NCBI GenBank assembly: GCA_965661285.1
Contig: CBFIDD010000003.1
Coordinates: 269,161-333,160, forward strand
Origin: Poseidonia sp.
Lineage (GTDB): Archaea > Thermoplasmatota > Poseidoniia > Poseidoniales > Poseidoniaceae
Reading direction: 5' to 3'
DNA length: 64,000 nucleotides
Part shown: positions 18,674-28,400 of the stretch, one piece after another
Layout of the letters: each line of letters begins with the position of its first letter
Numbering within the stretch: the stretch's first letter is position 1
Notes under the pieces: model-generated
Database searches by the model: none
The model's input: the letters and a program-made list of their open reading frames with translations, nothing else
What the model was told of the DNA's origin: nothing
Position numbers and translations under genes: made by a program

Positions 18674-19666
18674 TCAAGCCTGGACCGGTTCAGCCACGAG
18701 ACCCGCAGCTTTGGCTTGCCGCTGCAACATGTGGCCAAACACGGGCGGGACATGAGCCAGCCAGAACATGACATAGTAGCCGTAGGGCAACTGCGGAGAT
18801 CCGTCGTGAACGTCCAGTCGCTCGTAGCGGGTGCTCGACTTGAGATGGTGCGAAGGGTGGAGGGGCAATTCCATCAGTGTCCATCGAGAGAGGCGGTGTC
18901 GGCTCTCCCAAGCGTGGGTGGCGTTCGGACGCTCGTCATCATGGCGTCGAAGCCCGTGGTGCTGGAGGTAGTTGACAAATTCAAGCAAGTAGACGGCGGC
19001 GATGGCCTGCATCACGAAGCCCGCCGCCAGCGGGAGGGCGATGAACGCCAGTCCGGCAATGAAAACGCCCTCGAGCAGGAAGACCCGCTTGGTGTCATCA
19101 GGACGTGCGGCCAGTGCCCCGCGTACCTGCTTGGGAACGGTCATCAAAATATGGGCGTAGACGCTTCGGCCCCACGGCGAAGAGGTCGGGTCCCGGTCTC
19201 GAGCCCAATGACGATGATGCGTGTGGTTGTGTTCGGTTGTGAAATGGGCATAGATGACCGAGAAGAGCGTGAGGCGAGCCAGCCACCACGAAGCGGATTT
19301 TGGGCGGCGATGGCCCAACTCGTGTGCAGCAACGATGCCCGAGGCGCCGTTGCTGAGCCCGGCGGCGATCATGCCGGCCAGACTCATCCCGGTGAGGCCG
19401 TCGAGCGATAACCGCCAAAGCAAGGTGGCCACCACCACCAGTACACCGACGGCGTGAAGATGCACGATGATGTTGTGCGCTCGGCCTTCCTGAAGCGGAT
19501 TCGTGTTTGACGAGGTGCCAAGCACCAGGTCAACGAACGGGTAAATGACGAGCAATAAGACGATGCCACTGGCCATCCACCACCCACCGGCGACCAATCC
19601 GGCTACCGTGATGACAGGCGTGAGCAAGCCCCAAAGGTGCGGCACCCACGTCCAGCGATCACTCAT
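18674..19666 (-). CDS. alkB: Alkane 1-monooxygenase-like membrane di-iron enzyme
   Basis: His boxes HELGH, EHNHTHH, NYLQHHG and LHPSHH, plus RDPTSS and PQLPYGY. Confidence 0.85.
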   Translation of the reverse strand: MSDRWTWVPHLWGLLTPVITVAGLVAGGWWMASGIVLLLVIYPFVDLVLGTSSNTNPLQEGRAHNIIVHLHAVGVLVVVATLLWRLSLDGLTGMSLAGMIAAGLSNGASGIVAAHELGHRRPKSASWWLARLTLFSVIYAHFTTEHNHTHHRHWARDRDPTSSPWGRSVYAHILMTVPKQVRGALAARPDDTKRVFLLEGVFIAGLAFIALPLAAGFVMQAIAAVYLLEFVNYLQHHGLRRHDDERPNATHAWESRHRLSRWTLMELPLHPSHHLKSSTRYERLDVHDGSPQLPYGYYVMFWLAHVPPVFGHMLQRQAKAAGLVAEPVQA

Positions 19667-19705
19667 CGAAACTCGTCACACGCATGTGACTTGTAAAGGA
19701 TGGCT

Positions 19706-19825
19706 TCATTTCATGCCGAGCAGACGACGAAGACGCTCTGACAGGCTGCGACGGGCGAAGATCCCGTTGCGGGTGACCTGGGCGTTCATCGTTTCATCCA
19801 CGTAGCGTTCCAAATATGCATCCAT
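19706..19825 (-). CDS. Microprotein B (39 aa), paralog of the upstream microprotein
   Basis: MDAYLERYVDETMNAQVTRNGIFARRSLSERLRRLLGMK*. AGGAGG RBS 9 nt upstream. Below the ORF-track size cutoff. Confidence 0.7.
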   Translation of the reverse strand: MDAYLERYVDETMNAQVTRNGIFARRSLSERLRRLLGMK

Positions 19826-19990
19826 TCAAATCGTCCTCCTTGATTGAAGCGCACCTCGTCGGTCAACACCGGCACGGTAGAAGGCCACCGCCGTCATCCA
19901 GCGGTTCCAAAGGCTTCGACCGAACACCCCGTTGCGGTAGGTGAACGAATCAACGGCTTGCTCGGTGTAGGTCTCCAGTTCGTGGTCCAT
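19826..19990 (-). CDS. Microprotein A (54 aa)
   Basis: MDHELETYTEQAVDSFTYRNGVFGRSLWNRWMTAVAFYRAGVDRRGALQSRRTI*. AGGAG RBS. Its stop directly abuts the ATG of microprotein B. Confidence 0.7.
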   Translation of the reverse strand: MDHELETYTEQAVDSFTYRNGVFGRSLWNRWMTAVAFYRAGVDRRGALQSRRTI

Positions 19991-20202
19991 GTGCATCTCC
20001 TGAAAGGTTTGCTTCTTTCATGTTACAAATGGTGCCGGACCTATATGAATCACCGGTAAAATTGCCAACACAAGGATGTTAAAAAGGAACTAAGTGTTTA
20101 ATTTTACACCATTTAGGGTCACCCAGCCCCTTCGAACCCGTCGTGATGTTGTGGTGAAATGATTGAACAAACGGTTAAGTGGGCCAGGACGAGGCCAATC
20201 TC

Positions 20203-21231
20203 ATGGGGAAGAAGGGTGTCCTGCTGATGAACGTTGGCACCCCCGACGAACCCACCGTGGCCTCCGTTCGAACCTACCTCCGGGAGTTTCTTCTCGACCC
20301 CGATGTCATCGACATTCCTGCCCCCCTGCGGCACTTGTTGGTCCGAGGAATTATCCTTCGCACTCGCCCCAAAAAAATCGCACCGCTGTACAAAAGCATC
20401 TGGATGGAGGACGGTTCGCCCCTGCGTGTCTACTCAAAGCGAGTCACTGAGAACCTTCGTCAAATCAACCAAGAGATCGACTTTGAATTTGCCATGCGAT
20501 ACGGCAATCCGAGCATTCGCAGCGGCCTTGAAGCCCTCAAGCAACGAGGCGTGACGGACCTTCTCTTGCTCCCAATGTTCCCACATTACGCTCAAGCCAC
20601 CACAGAATCATCACTCAAACACGCCCACCACCAACTCAAATCGATGAACTGGCAGCCCAACCTGTTGGAGATGGGGCATTTTGAAACCGCCGAGGAATTC
20701 ATCGAACCCCTCACCGAATCCATTCGTCCGCACCTCTCAGAGGACACCCACCTGCTGTTTTCCTACCACGGCCTCCCCGTGTCCCACGTCAAGCGAATTG
20801 ACACCTCAAAGAAGCACTGCCAGACCGTAGAGGCTTGCTGCACCGTGAAGTGCGAGGCCAACAGCCTGTGCTACGGCCGACACTGCAACGAAACCACGAT
20901 GGCCGTGGTTGAACGATTGGGGCTGACGCCAGACCAGTGGTCGCTGAGTTATCAGAGTCGACTCGGGCCCGTGAAGTGGCTCGAACCCTCGACCACGCAA
21001 ATGGTGGAAGCCTTGGTCAAGAAAGGCGTCAAGAAACTCGCCATCGTCGCCCCTGCGTTCCTCGCAGACGGGTTGGAGACGCTCGAGGAGTTGGACATCG
21101 GCATTCGTGAAGAGTTCATGGAGCACGGTGGCGAGGAATTGAAGGTCGTCAACTGCCTCAACGATGATGAGCAGTGGATTCGTGGCCTTGAACAACTCAT
21201 CGCCAAAGAGTTCGGACAGGTGGCGGCTTAG
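20203..21231 (+). CDS. hemH: Ferrochelatase
   Basis: GVLLMNVGTP, MRYGNP, LFSYHGLP, SYQSRLGPVKWLEP, FLADGLETLEEL. Confidence 0.96.
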   Translation: MGKKGVLLMNVGTPDEPTVASVRTYLREFLLDPDVIDIPAPLRHLLVRGIILRTRPKKIAPLYKSIWMEDGSPLRVYSKRVTENLRQINQEIDFEFAMRYGNPSIRSGLEALKQRGVTDLLLLPMFPHYAQATTESSLKHAHHQLKSMNWQPNLLEMGHFETAEEFIEPLTESIRPHLSEDTHLLFSYHGLPVSHVKRIDTSKKHCQTVEACCTVKCEANSLCYGRHCNETTMAVVERLGLTPDQWSLSYQSRLGPVKWLEPSTTQMVEALVKKGVKKLAIVAPAFLADGLETLEELDIGIREEFMEHGGEELKVVNCLNDDEQWIRGLEQLIAKEFGQVAA

Positions 21232-22484
21232 AAGACCGCAGCAATCCGTTCTGCCTCGGCCACCACGTGGGTCACCGACACACCGCTGAAACACCAGCCC
21301 GCTCGGGTGAAGTCTGCTGATTCGGTGGTCAGGGAATCCATGTAGCCGGGAGGATAAGAAGGGATGGAGCGCACCCCAATGTGTTCGAACACGACCGGCT
21401 CAGCATCACTCAGGTGATGGGCTAAGGATGCTTTGACCGCATCCTCAGAGCCTGTTTGAAGGGTCGGCGACATGAGGCGGAACAAGCGATGACCGTCCGG
21501 TGCCCGAGGTGTCCCGTGGACGTCGCTCTCGTGAAGAATGCCGCTGATCGGTGAGGAGGGGTCGGGAATCAGGGTGCCGTAGCCGACGGGCACATGGCCG
21601 ACATCGTCGTTGTTATAGCCAACAGCGTAGATGTTGAGGGCCGTGAAGGAAGCCGGTGGCCGGCCAAGGGGTGCGCACCAAATCACGGACGCCAAAGGGA
21701 CCTCTCGCTCTTCGGCAACGTCCATCGGGGAGGGGGCGTCTTCGTTGAGGGACAACTCAACGTTGTCAAGGCGATTCAGCGCCTCTTCCAAGGCATGAAT
21801 CAGCGTTTCCATTCCGCCTTCAAAGGACGCCGTAGCGCCTCTCGTGGGTTGGAAGAGCGGGTAGGTAGCCTCCATCTTGGCTTTGATGCGCTTCCACTTG
21901 ATGGGCGGGTCGGTGCCAAACCTGGTCATGGAGGGCATCAGGAAATCCGCATCAACGTTGGCCGCACGGTCGTTGACAATCCCAAGGGTCATCGCGTCGT
22001 TCACGGGCGGCAACGGGAGGGCATCAGCAACCGAGCGACGGCCCTGACGGGCCGATCTCAATCCACGCAACAGCTTGAACGGCCCCCGTTTGAGCACCGT
22101 CCAAAGCGAAAGTTTCTGCGACCTTCCACCGGTGTGAATCCACCGCGAGTCCGCTTGGGGATTCGAGGGCCCAAAACGGCCCCCCAAACCGAGGTCATCA
22201 ACCAGACGCCAAAACGCAGGATGGGGCCGAGTGGCGTTCACAGCAACGTCACACACCCACTCGTCCTGCGTCCATGTTTCGATCACACCACCAAAGCGAT
22301 GACTCTTTTCGATGACCTCTATGCGCACATCGGGTCGTTTTGTAGCAATTCTGTAGGCCACCGTGAGTCCAGAAAGCCCACCCCCAACCACGCACACGTT
22401 GGTCGAATGTGGAAGGTCACGGGCGATGCAGAGAGGGCGGCGCAGTTCATCGCCGTAGCGGATCCAATCTTGCTGTGAAGCCAC
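21228..22484 (-). CDS. hemY: FAD-dependent protoporphyrinogen oxidase (HemY-type)
   Basis: VVGGGLSGL Rossmann motif, FEGGMETL, GYGTLIP, and position last in the hem operon. Confidence 0.8.
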   Translation of the reverse strand: MASQQDWIRYGDELRRPLCIARDLPHSTNVCVVGGGLSGLTVAYRIATKRPDVRIEVIEKSHRFGGVIETWTQDEWVCDVAVNATRPHPAFWRLVDDLGLGGRFGPSNPQADSRWIHTGGRSQKLSLWTVLKRGPFKLLRGLRSARQGRRSVADALPLPPVNDAMTLGIVNDRAANVDADFLMPSMTRFGTDPPIKWKRIKAKMEATYPLFQPTRGATASFEGGMETLIHALEEALNRLDNVELSLNEDAPSPMDVAEEREVPLASVIWCAPLGRPPASFTALNIYAVGYNNDDVGHVPVGYGTLIPDPSSPISGILHESDVHGTPRAPDGHRLFRLMSPTLQTGSEDAVKASLAHHLSDAEPVVFEHIGVRSIPSYPPGYMDSLTTESADFTRAGWCFSGVSVTHVVAEAERIAAVF

Positions 22485-22488
22485 GCCA

Positions 22489-23400
22489 TCACCCGTTGAG
22501 CCAATCCACCGGCTGACGAAGAACCTCCAGCAGAGCGGCTTCGTCCGAGCCGGGCTCTGCCTCGTGGCAATATTCCCAGCGGGACGTGAGTGGCAGCGAC
22601 ATCAGGATGCTTTCGATGCGGCCGTTGGTCGTCAAACCAAACTTTGTCCCTCGATCGTACACGAGGTTGAATTCGACGTAGCGACCACGGCGGAGTTGTT
22701 GCCATGCCTTCTGGTCAGGGGTAAAGGGCATGGTCATTCGTCGCTCCAAAATGGGGAGGTAAGCTTGCAGAAAATGGGAAGCGCATTCCTCAACAAATGC
22801 AAAACAAGCGGCTTTGCTCTTGGCGCGCAAATCGTCGAAGAAGATACCTCCAACACCCCTTCGTTCGCCTCGATGTGGGATGTGAAAATAGTCGTCACAC
22901 CACGCTTTGTACGCCTCGTAGTCGGCGACCTCGTGGCGGTCGCAAACCGATTTGTGCACTTGATGGAAGTGCACTGCGTCTTCTTCAAAGAGATAGGATG
23001 GGGTCAAATCTGCGCCACCTCCGAACCACCAACTGCCCTCGGCAACACCTTCGCCTCGCTCAAAATAGCGGTAGTTGGCGTGGACCGTGGGCGCCATTGG
23101 ATTGTGAGGGTGAAGGACGAGGCTCAACCCCGTGGCAAAAAAGTCCAAATCCTCTCCCTCGAGGTCGTGCCCGCCGCCCATTTTGGCCGCCGCCTCGGGG
23201 CTGAGTGTTCCGTGAACCACGCTGACGTTTACACCTGCTTTTTCGAACACGGCGCCCTCGGAAAAAACACGGCTTCGACCGCCCCCGCCTTCCTCACGGG
23301 TCCACTCATCCTCACGGAAGGTTGAGTCATCCAGTGAGGCGATGGCGTCGCAGATGGTGTCTTGGAGCCGATGCACCATGTCAACCATGGTTTGCCTCAT
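22489..23400 (-). CDS. hemF: Oxygen-dependent coproporphyrinogen III oxidase
   Basis: EKAGVNVS, HPHNPMAPTVHANYRYF, WWFGGGADLTP, RGVGGIFFD, RRGRYVEFNL, RIESILMSLP. Confidence 0.97.
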   Translation of the reverse strand: MRQTMVDMVHRLQDTICDAIASLDDSTFREDEWTREEGGGGRSRVFSEGAVFEKAGVNVSVVHGTLSPEAAAKMGGGHDLEGEDLDFFATGLSLVLHPHNPMAPTVHANYRYFERGEGVAEGSWWFGGGADLTPSYLFEEDAVHFHQVHKSVCDRHEVADYEAYKAWCDDYFHIPHRGERRGVGGIFFDDLRAKSKAACFAFVEECASHFLQAYLPILERRMTMPFTPDQKAWQQLRRGRYVEFNLVYDRGTKFGLTTNGRIESILMSLPLTSRWEYCHEAEPGSDEAALLEVLRQPVDWLNG

Positions 23401-24431
23401 GCAGATTCACCCGTGATCAATCGCAAGACGGCTTCGACGCAGTCAATTTGCGCGCCCGGAGCAAAACCGTGGCCGAGGTTGAACACATGGCCAGGCGCAT
23501 CGCCTGCTTCATCCAACACGCGCTGAGCCGCCGTACGGGCGGCCTCGGGAGAACCGTGCATCCGGGAGGGGTCGAGGTTTCCTTGGAAGGCAAAGCGGTC
23601 GCCAAACGATGCACGGTTAGCACGCAAGTCGTCCCTCCAATCGAGGGACAAAGCATCGATGTCCAGCGTGCGGATGGAACCGTGAAGATGGCCGCTGCCC
23701 TTGGCGTAGTGAATGAGTGGAACCTTGCGCTCCGCCCGCTCGCGAAACACCTCGATGGCACGTTGAGTGGCAGGAAGGGCAATTCGCTCATAATCCTCGA
23801 CGGAAAGCAAGCCAGCCCAGGTGTCGAAGAGCTGAACTGCATCGGCGCCACCGTGATTCACTTGGTCAGCGAGCAAATCGCCCACGGCTTCAGCCATGTG
23901 CAGAAGCACACGCTGCGCATGGTCAAGGTTGGAGAAAACGGTTGCCCGTGTGTTGTGAAATTCCTTGTCACCCGTGCCACCCGCCATCAAGTAGAGTGAG
24001 GTCGTCCAAGGACATCCGGCAAAACCCAATCGAGCAATGCTGTCGTTGTCCTCGCCGATGGCCTTGAGCGCATCAGCCGCCCAAGGGGCGTGTTGGCGAG
24101 CAGAGAAGGTCGTCCAATCGTCGACGTCATCAAAGGAAAATGGGTCAATGCGAATCCCGCCGCCGTATTCAACTTCATAGCCCAACGCTGGAAGAGGGGT
24201 GAGAATGTCGCTGAACACGATGGCGGCGTCGATGGAGCCGTAGCGGTGAATGGGTTGCATGGTGATGTTGGTGCACAAATCAAGGTCCTGACAGCGCTCC
24301 CAAAACGAGTGCTCCGCAGCGAGTTTTCGGTATTCGGGAAGGTGGCGTCCGGCCTGTCGCATGAACCAGACCGGCGTGCGGTCCACGGGTTGGCGATTTA
24401 ACGCGGCAACGATGCGCTCTTTGCCGTTCAT
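23397..24431 (-). CDS. hemE: Uroporphyrinogen decarboxylase
   Basis: PVWFMRQAGR, FSDIL, QLFDTW, QGNLDP, FNLGHG. Confidence 0.97.
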   Translation of the reverse strand: MNGKERIVAALNRQPVDRTPVWFMRQAGRHLPEYRKLAAEHSFWERCQDLDLCTNITMQPIHRYGSIDAAIVFSDILTPLPALGYEVEYGGGIRIDPFSFDDVDDWTTFSARQHAPWAADALKAIGEDNDSIARLGFAGCPWTTSLYLMAGGTGDKEFHNTRATVFSNLDHAQRVLLHMAEAVGDLLADQVNHGGADAVQLFDTWAGLLSVEDYERIALPATQRAIEVFRERAERKVPLIHYAKGSGHLHGSIRTLDIDALSLDWRDDLRANRASFGDRFAFQGNLDPSRMHGSPEAARTAAQRVLDEAGDAPGHVFNLGHGFAPGAQIDCVEAVLRLITGESA

Positions 24432-25723
24432 GCGTTCAACTCCATGGTCGAGAGCGCATCATCCATCGCCGCAACAAGGCCGCGAATATGGCTGGCCTCG
24501 TGGGCCGTAGAGATGAAACCAATCTCGTAGGCAGAAGGGGCCAGCATGTAGCCTCGGTCGAGTAAGGCACGGTGCACATCAGCGTAGAGGCCTGCGGCGT
24601 CCTTGGCGATTTGGTCGGCTCTGACGGCGGGTTGGCCGTCGCCGGGTGAAAGCCAGAACAAGCTTTCACGACGAACGATTCGCATTGGATTGCCGTGTTT
24701 TTCGAGCACAGCACCCAATTCTTCCTCAAGCATGGCGCCGAGGGATTCCATGTAGTCGTACGCCGCTTCGTCCAGTAGGTCAAGGGTGGTAGAACCGGCA
24801 GCCATGGCCAAGGGATTGCCAGACAGGGTGCCCGCCTGATAGACGGGCCCGAGGGGCGAGAGTTGCTCCATGATTTCATGACGAGCCCCGTACGCGCCCA
24901 CGGGCAAACCGCCACCGATGACCTTCCCCAACGCCGTGAGGTCGGGCGTAACCCCGCACAGATCACCGAAACTGCCCTCTTTGAAACGGAAACCGCTGAT
25001 GACCTCGTCAAACACAAGCAGGGCACCGTGTTCATCGCACAGACGACGCAGCCCTTGGAGGAATTCAGGCCGTTGAACCAACAGTCCGTTGTTGGCCGGC
25101 AACGGTTCAATGACCACGGCGGCGATGTCGTCCCCGTGTTCGCTGAACAAGTACTCCACCGCCTCAAGGTCGTCGAGAGGGCAAATCAGCGTCGTCGCTA
25201 CGGTGTCTTGAGGGATGCCGGGGCTGCTGGCGATGCCAAAGGTGGCCAACCCGCTTCCTGAAGACACCATCAGAGCGTCAACGTGGCCGTGGTAGCATCC
25301 TTCGAACTTCACGAGCATGTCTCGACCCGTGTAGCCCCGAGCCAGGCGAACGGCGCTCATCACGGCCTCCGTACCGGAGGAAACGAAGCGAACTTTGTCC
25401 ATGTGCGAGAAGCGCTTCTTGACACGTTTGGCCAGTTCAATTTCTCCGAGGTGAGGGGCACCGAACGATGTACCGTTCTGCATTTTTTCATGAACAGCAC
25501 CGATGATCACTGGGTGGGAATGGCCGTGAATCAGTGGACCCCATGATTGGACAAAATCAACCAATACGTTCCCGTCCACATCCGTGACATGGGCGCCCGA
25601 GGCTCTTTCGAAGTAAATTGGATTGCCGTGGACCGATTTGAACGCTCGGACGGGAGAATTCACCCCGCCGACCAAATGCGACAACGCCTCGTGATGAAGA
25701 GCATCGGATTTGCTGCGATTCAT
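24428..25723 (-). CDS. hemL: Glutamate-1-semialdehyde 2,1-aminomutase
   Basis: GGVNSPVRAF, SGTEA, GCYHGH, FDEVISGFR, GKVIGGG, QAGTLSGNP. Confidence 0.97.
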   Translation of the reverse strand: MNRSKSDALHHEALSHLVGGVNSPVRAFKSVHGNPIYFERASGAHVTDVDGNVLVDFVQSWGPLIHGHSHPVIIGAVHEKMQNGTSFGAPHLGEIELAKRVKKRFSHMDKVRFVSSGTEAVMSAVRLARGYTGRDMLVKFEGCYHGHVDALMVSSGSGLATFGIASSPGIPQDTVATTLICPLDDLEAVEYLFSEHGDDIAAVVIEPLPANNGLLVQRPEFLQGLRRLCDEHGALLVFDEVISGFRFKEGSFGDLCGVTPDLTALGKVIGGGLPVGAYGARHEIMEQLSPLGPVYQAGTLSGNPLAMAAGSTTLDLLDEAAYDYMESLGAMLEEELGAVLEKHGNPMRIVRRESLFWLSPGDGQPAVRADQIAKDAAGLYADVHRALLDRGYMLAPSAYEIGFISTAHEASHIRGLVAAMDDALSTMELNA

Positions 25724-25732
25724 ACGTTCACC

Positions 25733-26707
25733 TCACTTGACCCAACGCTTCCTTGCTGCTTCACGTGCGTGGTAGGACACCACGACGTCGGCCCCCGCTC
25801 TTTTGAACGCTGTCAAGACCTCAACCACCATCCGCTGTCGGCTGGCTTCGTCATTGGTGGCGTTCATGACCATGGCATATTCGCCACTGACGTTGTAGAC
25901 CGCCACGGGACGAACAACATTGTCGGCGACCTTTCGAAGCACGTCGAGGTAAGGAAGACCGGGTTTGACCATGAGGATGTCCGCCCCTTCCGTCTCGTCG
26001 AGGTTGGCTTCCAAGACGGCCTCCTCGTATCCTGAGCGGATGTCCATCTGATGGGTCGCCCGGTCGCCGAACTCTGGGCTGGATTGGGCCGCATGACGAA
26101 ACGGACCGTAGAACGAGGAGGCGTACTTGACAGAGTACGACAAGATACCCGTGTTGGTCAATCCCGCTGCTTCAAACGCTGTACGAATCGCCGATACGCG
26201 CCCGTCCATCATGTCCGAGGCACAAACGTAGTCTGCGCCTGCTTCGGCGTGAGACCGGGCGATGCTGACCAGCACATCCACCGAAGCATCGTTGACGATG
26301 TCGCCTTCGTGCACCAACCCGCAGTGTCCGTGGTCCGTGGCCGTGCAAAGGCACACATCGGTCATGACGACGAGGTCGTCGCCGTGCACCGCTTTGAGTT
26401 CCAATACTGCACGATGCAGGTGCGACGAGGGGTCGCGGGCATGGCTGGCATGGGCGTCCTTTTGTTCACTGTCCACCACGCCAAACAACATCACGGCGCG
26501 CAGCCCGTGAGCAAGGTCTTCCTCCACGGTTTTGAGAAGCACATCAACCGACTGCTGGTGAATACCCGCCATGCCCTCAATGGGCTGGTCGACCTTTTCG
26601 CCAGCCACAACAAAGTGGGGTTGAACCAGAGAGGAAAGCATGGAGTCACCAAAGAGCAAATCGCGACGGGCCTCCGTCCAGCGATTGATTCGAGGTCTGA
26701 TGTTCAT
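25733..26707 (-). CDS. hemB: Porphobilinogen synthase (Zn-binding type)
   Basis: DVCLCTATDHGHCG, SDMMDGR, KYASSFYGPFR, MVKPG, YNVSGEYAM. Confidence 0.97.
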   Translation of the reverse strand: MNIRPRINRWTEARRDLLFGDSMLSSLVQPHFVVAGEKVDQPIEGMAGIHQQSVDVLLKTVEEDLAHGLRAVMLFGVVDSEQKDAHASHARDPSSHLHRAVLELKAVHGDDLVVMTDVCLCTATDHGHCGLVHEGDIVNDASVDVLVSIARSHAEAGADYVCASDMMDGRVSAIRTAFEAAGLTNTGILSYSVKYASSFYGPFRHAAQSSPEFGDRATHQMDIRSGYEEAVLEANLDETEGADILMVKPGLPYLDVLRKVADNVVRPVAVYNVSGEYAMVMNATNDEASRQRMVVEVLTAFKRAGADVVVSYHAREAARKRWVK

Positions 26708-26708
26708 C

Positions 26709-28400
26709 TCAATCCGTCCTGTGCTCTTGCCACCATTCCACCAGCGAATCCGACGTTGGTCCGTTCAACACCGAAACACGCGCTTCGCTGAAGTGGTCCA
26801 GAGAGAGGATGGTTGTTCGTGCATTTTCTCCCATACAAAGAATTTCGTGAGGCACCTTGAGGCCGTTTTCTGCCCACGAGCGGGCCGAGGAAGCAGAGGA
26901 CAAGACCAGCACGTCAAGCGGTTGGATGTCAACGGTTGCCATGACCTTCGGTTTGTTCTCATACCCGACCCAAGCATTCACGTGAAAGCCGGCTTCTCGC
27001 AGAGTCTGTTCGAGTTCAGGGGCCGCAAGGTCGGACCGGGGCAAGAACAGGGCGGTGCTGGAGCTGAAGTGCTTCACAATGTAGGCACCGAGTTCGCGAG
27101 CATTTCGTGCCCGGGCGCACACGGCGACCGTCACCCCAAGACGGAAACAAGCGCGGGCCGTCCCTTCACCGATGGCAAGCCAAGGGATTCGACCAATGTC
27201 CGGGTGTGCTTCTGCAGCCGCTACGGCACACTTCGCAGCGAAGGGTGAGGTGAGCACCAAATACGGCCAGTCCCGTTTGCTCGGGAAGGCCTGAAGGAAA
27301 TCCGAAGGCCACCGGTCAAGGAAGGGAACAAGGTCGACCACGGGGACGTTCTCCATGGGAACGTCATGGCTGGCGAGGACACGTGAAATCCGATCAGAAT
27401 TCAACGTTGAAACATAGCGTGGGCCGTCGTGTTGCATGCTGATTTCATCAAGCGGTTGAACCGGGAGTTCGATGTCCAGGTCATCCATCGGACCAGCGAA
27501 GCGGAACACATCGTAGACCGAGCCCTGGCAAAAGATTGCCCGCCAATTTTCCGGTGCCACCTGGAGGTGAACCTCCGTGCCATCAACGCCGATACCGGCA
27601 GGGAAAAGGCAGCCGCCGCCCACCTCTTTCAGCAGGCGTCGCTCAGCCGAGACGTCGTGTTCGGTTTGTTCGTGATTCAAGATGGCTCGAATTGGTTCGA
27701 GTTCCGCCAAGCGTGCCTTGGTGCAGTGAACAGCAATGGCCCCCTGACCGGGTGCCGTAGGCCAGTCCGACGGGTCGATGCGAAAAGCAGAGAGCCCCTC
27801 CTTGACGGCGTCCAAAGCACCGATCCTGTTCAAGCGGGCAAGACCGGCCTCTGCAAGGACCACGGCGTCAACGCGACCCTCCACCAAACGAGCAAGACGT
27901 GTTTCAACATGGCCCCTGACCGCCAACGGAATGATGTCAGGACGTTGACTGAGCAAGAAAGATTGGCGCCGACCAGAGACCGTGCCAAAGGTGGCGCCGG
28001 TAGGAAAGTGATCAAGAATCTGGACCAGAGGCGTAGAGGAACGGTCGTTGAGGACATCGTCGAGGGACGGAGCGCCTTCCGTATTCCTCACGATGATGAG
28101 GTCGGTCGTGCTACCTCGTTCGAGGTAAGCAAGGTGGTCAATGCGGTCGTCGACGTCCACCGGGACGTCTTTGCTTGAGTGCACGGCGATGTCCACCTCG
28201 CCGGAGAGCAAACGGTCGTCAATGGCGTGGACGAATTGCCCCACGGAAGCGGAGAGTTGCCCGCCCAAACTTCGGTCGCCGGTTGAAGACAGTGGCACCA
28301 ATTCTGCTTCCATGCCATGACGTGCCAGTGCTTCGAGCACAGCGGTGGCTTGCCACATGGCAAGGTTGGAGGCGCGTGTTCCGATGCGTACGGTCATCAA
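26709..28400 (-). CDS. hemC: Hydroxymethylbilane synthase / uroporphyrinogen-III synthase fusion (HemC-HemD)
   Basis: N-terminal part: RIGTRASNLAMWQ, DIAVHSSKDVP, APGQGA, GGGC. C-terminal part: LTSPFAA, AIGEGTA, YEN, SASSAR, CMGENA (HemD-like). Confidence 0.9.
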   Translation of the reverse strand: MMTVRIGTRASNLAMWQATAVLEALARHGMEAELVPLSSTGDRSLGGQLSASVGQFVHAIDDRLLSGEVDIAVHSSKDVPVDVDDRIDHLAYLERGSTTDLIIVRNTEGAPSLDDVLNDRSSTPLVQILDHFPTGATFGTVSGRRQSFLLSQRPDIIPLAVRGHVETRLARLVEGRVDAVVLAEAGLARLNRIGALDAVKEGLSAFRIDPSDWPTAPGQGAIAVHCTKARLAELEPIRAILNHEQTEHDVSAERRLLKEVGGGCLFPAGIGVDGTEVHLQVAPENWRAIFCQGSVYDVFRFAGPMDDLDIELPVQPLDEISMQHDGPRYVSTLNSDRISRVLASHDVPMENVPVVDLVPFLDRWPSDFLQAFPSKRDWPYLVLTSPFAAKCAVAAAEAHPDIGRIPWLAIGEGTARACFRLGVTVAVCARARNARELGAYIVKHFSSSTALFLPRSDLAAPELEQTLREAGFHVNAWVGYENKPKVMATVDIQPLDVLVLSSASSARSWAENGLKVPHEILCMGENARTTILSLDHFSEARVSVLNGPTSDSLVEWWQEHRTD

